Assembly (NCBI GenBank): GCA_904502115.1
Contig: CAJGDW010000001.1
Coordinates: 1 to 41,982, forward strand
Reading direction: 5' to 3'
DNA: 41,982 nt
From: Paludibacteraceae bacterium
GTDB taxonomy: Bacteria > Bacteroidota > Bacteroidia > Bacteroidales > Paludibacteraceae
Below are positions 35,642-41,982 of this stretch, piece after piece (position 1 is the stretch's first letter; every line of letters starts with the position of its first letter). Below the pieces are notes generated by a model. It was not told where the DNA came from. It made no database searches and was given only the letters and a program-made list of their open reading frames with translations. The position numbers and the translations under genes were made by a program.

Positions 35642-36607
35642 TTATTTTTTACGATCTGCCACCAACGTAATGTATTGTTCCAGTGCTCTACGTGTTGGTG
35701 TGTCTTCAAAGTCTTGCAAGCATTGCAAGGCTTTTTCTTTGTAGTATGTAATTTTTTGCTGGGTGTATGCCATGCCTCCTTTTTCCACAACAATTTGGTT
35801 GATGTAGGCGTAGTCTTGATTGGTAAAAGCTTCTAGAATTTCTTCTTTTTCTTTATCGGTAGCATTTTCGTAGACATACAAAAGAGGCAAGGTCATCTTT
35901 CCTTCTTTAATGTCATTTCCAATGGGTTTTCCAATTTGTTCTCCATCTTGATAGTCGAACATATCGTCTTTTAATTGAAAACAAATACCAATGTTTTCGC
36001 CCATTTCAATGATGCGTTGTGCTTTTACGTCATTTCCTTTGCCTGCCGAAAGAACGCCTAATTTGGCACAAGTATGAAAAAGAGAGGCTGTTTTGGCTTT
36101 AATTACTGCCATGTAATAATCTTCGCGGTAGATGGCTTCTTTGCTTCCAGAAAGTTGTAATAACTCTCCATCTACAAGTGTTTTACCCATATTGGCAATG
36201 AGTTCGATAATGCCTATATGTTGTGTTTCTACTGCTTCGGATAAGGCAGCCGATAAGAAGAAATCACCACCTAGAACAGATGCTTTGCTTTTGAATTTTG
36301 CAAGTAATGAAGGTTTCCCCCTGCGTTCGTCCGATTCATCTAGAACATCATCATGAATAAGTGTTGCCACATGTAGCAATTCGATGGCGATGGCTGCATG
36401 AATGGTAGTCATCGTAACTTTCCCACACAACTGTGCACACAAGAAAACCATGATGGGACGCATCTGTTTGCCCGATGAGGCATTTACATGTTTCACCATT
36501 TGTTGTACTAGCGCATTGTCACTTTTGAGTGCTAACTGATAGGTTTCCTTGTAGCAATTAATGTGCTCAGTAATGGGTGCTGTTATTTGTTCTATGGTTT
36601 GTTTCAT
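35642..36607 (-). CDS. ispB: Polyprenyl diphosphate synthase (octaprenyl-type, IspB-like, 321 aa)
   Basis: First and second Asp-rich motifs LIHDDVLDESDERRG and QLKDDMFDY. Chain length cannot be read from the sequence. Confidence 0.85.
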   Translation of the reverse strand: MKQTIEQITAPITEHINCYKETYQLALKSDNALVQQMVKHVNASSGKQMRPIMVFLCAQLCGKVTMTTIHAAIAIELLHVATLIHDDVLDESDERRGKPSLLAKFKSKASVLGGDFFLSAALSEAVETQHIGIIELIANMGKTLVDGELLQLSGSKEAIYREDYYMAVIKAKTASLFHTCAKLGVLSAGKGNDVKAQRIIEMGENIGICFQLKDDMFDYQDGEQIGKPIGNDIKEGKMTLPLLYVYENATDKEKEEILEAFTNQDYAYINQIVVEKGGMAYTQQKITYYKEKALQCLQDFEDTPTRRALEQYITLVADRKK

Positions 36608-36621
36608 CTTTCAAAATCGCA

Positions 36622-36629
36622 CAAAAGTA
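36622..36629 (-). promoter_or_regulatory. -7 promoter box TACTTTTG (minus strand) for the polyprenyl synthase gene
   Basis: Plus strand reads CAAAAGTA, 15 nt upstream of the ATG at 36607. Confidence 0.5.
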
Positions 36630-36661
36630 ATAAAAATTTATAGAAAATGTTAGAATTTACT

Positions 36662-36669
36662 TACCTTTG
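36662..36669 (+). promoter_or_regulatory. -7 promoter box TACCTTTG for the glycosyltransferase operon
   Basis: Ends 7 nt before the ATG at 36677, implying a leaderless or near-leaderless mRNA. Excludes the tracked start at 36647. Confidence 0.5.
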
Positions 36670-36676
36670 TGTCATT

Positions 36677-37510
36677 ATGAAGCGTATTTGTGCATTAACC
36701 ATGGCCCGTAACGATGCCTTTTTTCTAAAAAAATGGATATCGTACTACAGTGAGCAATTGGGCGAAGAGAACTTGTATGTATTCTTGGACGGAGAAGACC
36801 AGTCGCTACCTTACGATACTGGAAAGGTAAATGTTGTGGTGCGTAAGCGTGTGTCGCAAGAGGTAACCGTAGCAGACCGTACCCGTATTGCTTTTTTAAA
36901 CGAGCAGGCACACTTGTTGTTGCAACGTTACGATTTGGTTATTGGTAGTGATGCCGACGAATTTTTGGTGGTTGATCCAAAAGTTGGAGAATCGTTGGTA
37001 GAATATTTGAGTCATGCCAAATGCAATCCATGTATATCTGGTTTGGGTGTTGACGTGGGCCATCATTTAAAAGAAGAGCAACCCATAGACGGTTCCAAAC
37101 CCTTTTTGAGCCAACGCAAGTATGCATTGATGGATTCTCAATACACCAAACCTGTGGTGGTGTCTAAACCAGTGCATTGGGGAGCTGGTTTTCATCGGGT
37201 AAAAGGACACAACTATCGCATCGATAAAAACCTGTATTTGTTTCATTTTGGTTCGGTAGATGATGGTATTTATAAAGCCAAATTTAACGACCAAGAACGT
37301 ATTAGCGAGGGATGGACTACCCATATGAACCAACGTTACCGCACCATTCGTTTGGTAACTGATAAGAAAGCACTAGATGGCGATAAGTACTTGCCAGTTG
37401 CTAGATGTTTGCAAACCATAATACGCCATCCTTTTATGTGGATTCGTCCGTACATGTATTATTGGAAGATGGTTATCCGTATTCCTTCACGTTTTTCTTC
37501 TGTATTATGA
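36677..37510 (+). CDS. GT-A fold glycosyltransferase, Glyco_tranf_2_4-like, paralog 1 (277 aa)
   Basis: MKRICALTMARNDAFFLKKWISYY, GEENLYVFLDGEDQS, DxD-type motif SDADEFLVVDP, WGAGFHRVKGHN. Confidence 0.7.
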   Translation: MKRICALTMARNDAFFLKKWISYYSEQLGEENLYVFLDGEDQSLPYDTGKVNVVVRKRVSQEVTVADRTRIAFLNEQAHLLLQRYDLVIGSDADEFLVVDPKVGESLVEYLSHAKCNPCISGLGVDVGHHLKEEQPIDGSKPFLSQRKYALMDSQYTKPVVVSKPVHWGAGFHRVKGHNYRIDKNLYLFHFGSVDDGIYKAKFNDQERISEGWTTHMNQRYRTIRLVTDKKALDGDKYLPVARCLQTIIRHPFMWIRPYMYYWKMVIRIPSRFSSVL

Positions 37511-38343
37511 AAAAAATAGCAATCATTACCATGGCCCGTAACGACGAAAACTTTCTAAATAAGTGGGTTTCGTATTATGGAAAAGAGTTTGGCGAAGAAA
37601 ATTTATACATTTTCTTAGACGGGGTAGACCAATCGGTTCCTGCCAAAGCAGGCAAATCGAATGTTACCAAAGTTCCTAAAATTGGTGGACAGGTAGTAAA
37701 AGCAGAAAAAGGTCGTTTGCAGTTTCTTTCGGAACGTGCTACTGAATTGTTGGCTAGTGGCTACGATATGGTGGTGGGTTGTGATGCCGATGAATTTTTG
37801 GTAGTAGACCCTAAGGTAGGCAAGTCGTTGCGTGCGTATCTTTCTGATTTAAAAGTAAATTGCTGTAAAAGTGCTTTGGGTATTGATGTGGGTCAGCACC
37901 TAGACAAAGAAGCTGTAATTGATTGGAATAAACCCTTTTTAGCGCAACGTTCATATGCGTATATATGCTCTAGGTATACCAAACCCGTTATAGTAAACAA
38001 GCCTTGCCGTTGGGGGGCTGGATTTCATCGCGTAAAAGGGCATAACTTTAGCATTGATCCTAATTTGTACCTGTTTCATTTTGGTAGTTTCGATATGAAA
38101 ATGATAGAAGATCGCTACCAAGACAAAGATAGAATGTCTGCAGGCTGGGGTAAGCACATCGGACGTCGTGCAAAAACCATATACATGGTATCAAAAGCCA
38201 AACCTAAAACATCCGAAAAATACGTAAGGTGGGGGCGTTGGATGCAAACCCTATGTAGGCCTATTTATGCGCTCAATAAACCTTCTATGGCAGGGTGGAA
38301 ATTGATTATTCAAATACCAGAAAGGTTTAAATCTGTGCTGTAA
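37507..38343 (+). CDS. GT-A fold glycosyltransferase, Glyco_tranf_2_4-like, paralog 2 (278 aa)
   Basis: ATGA overlap with paralog 1. Collinear shared blocks MARND, GEENLY.FLDG.DQS, DADEFLVVDPKVG.SL, YTKPV.V.KP..WGAGFHRVKGHN, NLYLFHFGS, IP.RF.SVL. Confidence 0.7.
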   Translation: MKKIAIITMARNDENFLNKWVSYYGKEFGEENLYIFLDGVDQSVPAKAGKSNVTKVPKIGGQVVKAEKGRLQFLSERATELLASGYDMVVGCDADEFLVVDPKVGKSLRAYLSDLKVNCCKSALGIDVGQHLDKEAVIDWNKPFLAQRSYAYICSRYTKPVIVNKPCRWGAGFHRVKGHNFSIDPNLYLFHFGSFDMKMIEDRYQDKDRMSAGWGKHIGRRAKTIYMVSKAKPKTSEKYVRWGRWMQTLCRPIYALNKPSMAGWKLIIQIPERFKSVL

Positions 38344-38350
38344 TACTACC

Positions 38351-39424
38351 ATGAAGCTTGTGTTTCTTATAAAAGCCTTGGACAACATTGGTGGTACCGA
38401 AAGGGTGACCATTCAAATAGCCAATGAACTTAGTTTACGCAAACATGATGTACACATTGTGTCGTTGGTAGGTAATGAAAAGCCATTTTTCCCTGTTTTA
38501 CCAGCTGTTCAACTTCATTATATCCATAAGGGTTCCGATAATAGTATATTCCCTTATCGCGATTTGCGCAGACATTATCGACTTAAAAAGTGCTTTGCTC
38601 AAATTATGCCCGATGTAATTGTTGTGGTAGATGCCTCCAGAGCTACCTTTAAAATTCCTGCTTGTCGCCCTTATACCACTATTTATTGGGAGCATTTCAA
38701 TACCTTAATGAAGAGCAAGCGCATGCATGAATTATCGCGCAAATTGGCGGTTAAATACGGCGATTGTGTGGTAACCCTTACAGAAGAGGACGCTCAATCG
38801 TATCGACAAAAATACAATACCACTAAGGTACAATGCATTCATAATCCTATTACCATCGAGGTGCCTGCATACGTAGCGCCTACCGCCCACCAGATAGTGG
38901 CTGTGGGTAGGTATACAGCCCAAAAGGGTTTCGATTGGCTGTTGCAGGCCTGGAATTTGGTACAAGACAAAGGCGATTGGAAATTGTTGATTGTGGGCAA
39001 AGGAAAACACACCAAGCGCTTGCAAGATTATATTCAACAGCATCAATTAAGCGATTCTGTGCAACTGTTGCCCCCTACCAATAACATTCAGCAACTGTTT
39101 GCTTCGTGCAGTATTTATGCCCTTTCGTCGCGGTTTGAAGGATTGCCATTGGTGTTGATAGAGGCGGCTGCCTGTGGTTTGCCGGCGGTGGCTTTTGCTT
39201 GTCAAACGGGTCCGTCGGAAATTATAGAACACCAAAAGTCGGGGCTTTTGGTGCCAACAGGCGATGTGGCAGCCTTGGCCAATGCGCTACAAACCTTAAT
39301 GAGCAACGATGCGTTGCGCTTGCAATATTCGCAACAAGCGTCACTGTATGTAAAAGAAAAGTTCGCTGTGAATACAATCATAGATCAGTGGGAAACCTTG
39401 TTTAAAAAATTAAAGCAACATTAA
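38351..39424 (+). CDS. GT4-family (GT-B, group 1) glycosyltransferase (357 aa)
   Basis: C-terminal EGLPLVLIEAAACGLPAVAF...SGLLV E-x7-E region typical of group 1 glycosyltransferases. Confidence 0.88.
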   Translation: MKLVFLIKALDNIGGTERVTIQIANELSLRKHDVHIVSLVGNEKPFFPVLPAVQLHYIHKGSDNSIFPYRDLRRHYRLKKCFAQIMPDVIVVVDASRATFKIPACRPYTTIYWEHFNTLMKSKRMHELSRKLAVKYGDCVVTLTEEDAQSYRQKYNTTKVQCIHNPITIEVPAYVAPTAHQIVAVGRYTAQKGFDWLLQAWNLVQDKGDWKLLIVGKGKHTKRLQDYIQQHQLSDSVQLLPPTNNIQQLFASCSIYALSSRFEGLPLVLIEAAACGLPAVAFACQTGPSEIIEHQKSGLLVPTGDVAALANALQTLMSNDALRLQYSQQASLYVKEKFAVNTIIDQWETLFKKLKQH

Positions 39425-39425
39425 A

Positions 39426-40319
39426 ATGAAGGTAAGCGTATTGATGCCTACATACAACCATGAAACTACCATTGCGCAAGCAATAGAAAGTTTTTTGGCA
39501 CAGCAAACATCGTTCGCAATGGAATTGTTGATTAACGACGATTGCTCTACCGATAATACCTACGCCATTGCCATGGAGTATGCGGCAAAAGATGCACGTG
39601 TAAAGGTGTTCAAACAAGAGCAAAACCAGGGTTTGCTTAACAACTATAAATTTCTTCTAAACCAGGCAAAAGGCGAGTATTTGGCAGTTTTGGAGAGCGA
39701 TGATTATTGGATTGATGAGCAAAAATTGCAAAAACAGGTAGATTACTTGGATGCACATCCTACCTGTCATTTGTCTTTTTCGAGTGTGTTACACTTAAAA
39801 AGAGGCCAGTTTATTCCCAATATTGATGCCTCTTATTTATTTAATACACCTGGCAAAACGCCTTACGACCATATCTTGTACCGTAACATTATTTTTTCGC
39901 CCACGGTATGTTTTAGACGTAGTGCGTACAACCAGTATTGCAACATCGACGATTACATAGAGCGTCAGTTTACTACGTTCGATTATCCTGTTTGGTTGTC
40001 GTTGTTAGCCAATGGGGACTTACATTATTTGCCAGAACACACGGCTGTATATCGCATTTCTGATACTTCTATAAGCAATACCAGTAGTTTGGATAAGCGA
40101 ATTAAATTTCATAAGTCGGTAGACTTTGATATAAAAGGATATATCATTGCACGTTACGGACGTGGCTGTTTCTCGGCATTGGATATTCGATTAAGGCAAG
40201 CGGTTATCATGTCTCGTTGTGCGTGGGTATTAAAGAAGCCTTTATTTGCTATTTACTACTTCTTTGGAACTTTGCTGGGCATAGTTCATGGCCAAAAGCA
40301 AATAGAAACAAAATCCTAA
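39426..40319 (+). CDS. GT2-family glycosyltransferase (297 aa)
   Basis: VSVLMPTYNHETTIAQAIESFLAQQ...LLINDDCSTDNT, and LESDDYW as the DxD equivalent. Confidence 0.88.
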   Translation: MKVSVLMPTYNHETTIAQAIESFLAQQTSFAMELLINDDCSTDNTYAIAMEYAAKDARVKVFKQEQNQGLLNNYKFLLNQAKGEYLAVLESDDYWIDEQKLQKQVDYLDAHPTCHLSFSSVLHLKRGQFIPNIDASYLFNTPGKTPYDHILYRNIIFSPTVCFRRSAYNQYCNIDDYIERQFTTFDYPVWLSLLANGDLHYLPEHTAVYRISDTSISNTSSLDKRIKFHKSVDFDIKGYIIARYGRGCFSALDIRLRQAVIMSRCAWVLKKPLFAIYYFFGTLLGIVHGQKQIETKS

Positions 40320-41480
40320 ATCAGTTAAGGATCCTCTGGTAACGTCAGTTTGCATTTGGATGATAATTAACGTCCAGATTGTAATAACAAATACGTTGCT
40401 TTTATTTCTTTTAAGGCAGATAAGAGGAACTATTAGCCAACCAAATGCGCATAGTAAACCAGGAATGCCATGCTCCATCCACGATTGCATAAACTGATTG
40501 TGTGGATGCGCGCCTACAATATTCTTTAATAAGGCAGCCTGTTCTATCAAGAAGATATGAGCACTAAGATGTTCTGAATTTTTAAAGGCTTCTGATAGGG
40601 TGTAAGCTGCGGTTCCTGCACCTATTCCTACAACGGGTGATTCTGCTATAATCTTGGCTCCTTCTTTCCAAATAGCGTATCGATAATCGTGTGTAAAATT
40701 GTTTACAGAGGTTTGTTTGAAATGATTATTGATTAGTACAAAACATACTGCCAAAGCAATAGGTGCCATAATAAACAGTGCTTTCTTTTTGTACGTAGTA
40801 GGCAATAAGTATAGGAATCCAATTACCATTATAATGTTGCAAGAAACAATACCGATTCTTCCGTCTGACAGGGCGATACAAGTGTAGAATAGTCCTATAA
40901 AGAAAAGTAATGGCGCTCGTTTTATCCACGAGTCGTATTGCTTAAATAACCAAAAGCAAGAGATAATAGCAATATTTAAGTACAGGTTAAATGCCATGTG
41001 TGCTTGAATGTTGATTGTACGACACAGGTTGAGTACTACTTTCCAGTTTTTAGCTCCAGGTAAAAGAGGTTCAAATAAGTAGAGCAGATATCCGATAAGG
41101 CAAGTGGAAACAATGATGCTGGTGTAAGCTAAAACTTTAGTAGGAATTTTCCGCGTTCCCAGTAATCCTAAGATACCAAATAGCAGAAAAGCAAGTCGAC
41201 TTTCTGCTAGAATGTTCCAATGCTCTCTGTAATGGTCAATGGGTAAGTAAACAAATAATAGTAAAAACGTGCCTATACACGCCCAAAATGGAATCTTCTC
41301 CATGGTAAGTAATTCTCTTGCCGAAAATCTTCTTTGTAATAGAGAATCCATTATAGAAGTGGTGATGAAAAGAATCATAGCCCATTGTGTAAAGGTATTG
41401 AAGTAAATGGGCAGGGATGCAAATAATGCTGTGCCAGAAATGAGTTGAAGGTAGGCAATTATCTTCCTAGTTAGATTCAT
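40242..41480 (-). CDS. O-antigen ligase/polymerase-like (Wzy_C family) polytopic membrane protein (412 aa)
   Basis: About 10-12 TM segments and the periplasmic-loop motif GAHPHNQFMQSWMEHGIPGL, characteristic of the Wzy_C/WaaL family. Confidence 0.8.
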   Translation of the reverse strand: MNLTRKIIAYLQLISGTALFASLPIYFNTFTQWAMILFITTSIMDSLLQRRFSARELLTMEKIPFWACIGTFLLLFVYLPIDHYREHWNILAESRLAFLLFGILGLLGTRKIPTKVLAYTSIIVSTCLIGYLLYLFEPLLPGAKNWKVVLNLCRTINIQAHMAFNLYLNIAIISCFWLFKQYDSWIKRAPLLFFIGLFYTCIALSDGRIGIVSCNIIMVIGFLYLLPTTYKKKALFIMAPIALAVCFVLINNHFKQTSVNNFTHDYRYAIWKEGAKIIAESPVVGIGAGTAAYTLSEAFKNSEHLSAHIFLIEQAALLKNIVGAHPHNQFMQSWMEHGIPGLLCAFGWLIVPLICLKRNKSNVFVITIWTLIIIQMQTDVTRGSLTDLGFCFYLLLAMNYAQQSSKEVVNSK

Positions 41481-41982
41481 AGTGGCAGTTTTTCGATAGA
41501 TTCAAAAAAATTGTATGCGCTCATGCTGTTCATGGTCATGCAGTTTTCTTCTAAGCAGTGGTTTAATTGTTGCTCAATGCCACTAAAAAAGCCGTTGCTA
41601 TTGATAAAATATACCTTTTTGGTGGTTTCTCCTATTTGGTGCATGGCCATGATGCTAAAGGCTTCGTCTAGGGTACCAATACCGCCTGGTAGTACCACAA
41701 AAACATCGGCCATATTGGCCATTAAGGCTTTGCGCTCTGCTAGGTTCTTTACAAAAATGTTTTGGGTGTTGTAGGGGTTTACCCACTCGGAGTCTTTCCA
41801 ATTTTCGGGAATAATGCCTGTAATTTCTCCATTTTGTTGGTCAGCGGCTTGCGCTACATCGCCCATTAGCCCGCAAGGCGTACCACCGTATACCAGTTCG
41901 TGGCCGTTTTGGGCTAACAAAGAGCCGAGGCTACGCGCCACTTGGCGGTAGTCCTCGGCTATGTTGTCGCTCGACGAGCAAA
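41477..41982 (-). CDS. LOG-family (TIGR00730) nucleotide phosphoribohydrolase; the N-terminus lies beyond the window end
   Basis: The frame stays open to nt 41982 (CSSSDNIAEDYRQVARSLG...LVYGGTPCGLMG), so the tracked GTG start at 41941 is internal. PGGIGTLDE motif present. Overlaps the downstream gene start by 4 nt. Confidence 0.85.
   Translation of the reverse strand, partial: CSSSDNIAEDYRQVARSLGSLLAQNGHELVYGGTPCGLMGDVAQAADQQNGEITGIIPENWKDSEWVNPYNTQNIFVKNLAERKALMANMADVFVVLPGGIGTLDEAFSIMAMHQIGETTKKVYFINSNGFFSGIEQQLNHCLEENCMTMNSMSAYNFFESIEKLPL

Noticed and set aside
41477-41982. LOG-family protein as part of a nucleotide-based defence or signalling system
   Set aside because: It is a canonical single-domain TIGR00730/LOG protein (PGGIGTLDE) with no adjacent effector, sensor, TIR or cyclase genes in the window. 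It is most simply a housekeeping nucleotide phosphoribohydrolase.

Overview
This 42 kb window looks like a chromosomal segment from a member of the Bacteroidota. The evidence is repeated TAnnTTTG -7 promoter boxes 7-40 nt upstream of start codons, a type IX secretion (T9SS) C-terminal sorting domain, a DUF4294 protein, and the conserved purH-mreBCD-mrdA-rodA order. I call 38 CDS, two of them cut by the window edges.

Most genes are core housekeeping:
- mnmG, apt, uvrC, dtd, deoC, ychF, hemW, dprA, nadA
- a THUMP RNA methyltransferase
- an OmpR-type two-component pair followed by an OmpA/TolB-like lipoprotein
- thyA, folA, purH, mreB, mreC, mreD, mrdA, rodA
- a Cof-type HAD hydrolase and a polyprenyl synthase

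I found no rRNA, tRNA, CRISPR array, transposase, integrase, or recognisable defence or toxin genes by eye.

Two blocks look accessory:
1. An outer-membrane/T9SS block at 11105-19851. It holds a ComEA-type helix-hairpin-helix domain fused to a large beta-barrel, translationally coupled to a smaller barrel. It also holds an operon of a small barrel, a 1346-aa orphan T9SS cargo and a PKD lipoprotein.
2. A glycan-assembly block at 36677-41480. It holds two tandem paralogous GT-A enzymes, a GT4, a GT2 and an O-antigen-ligase-like protein.

The non-coding DNA is unusually structured:
- Two perfect parS palindromes lie just after mnmG, which places the window in the origin-proximal ParB domain.
- A family of 8-bp-period CGATT-core micro-arrays follows mnmG and brackets thyA as inverted repeats.
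- A 13-bp-period AAATGTTAAA array lies upstream of the two-component operon.
- A 596-bp AT-rich ORF-free region upstream of nadA is studded with GTTnATAAC motifs.

Nothing here can be shown from sequence alone to be a new system. The best candidates are the outer-membrane/T9SS block and the intergenic repeat family. All functional readings of them are inference.
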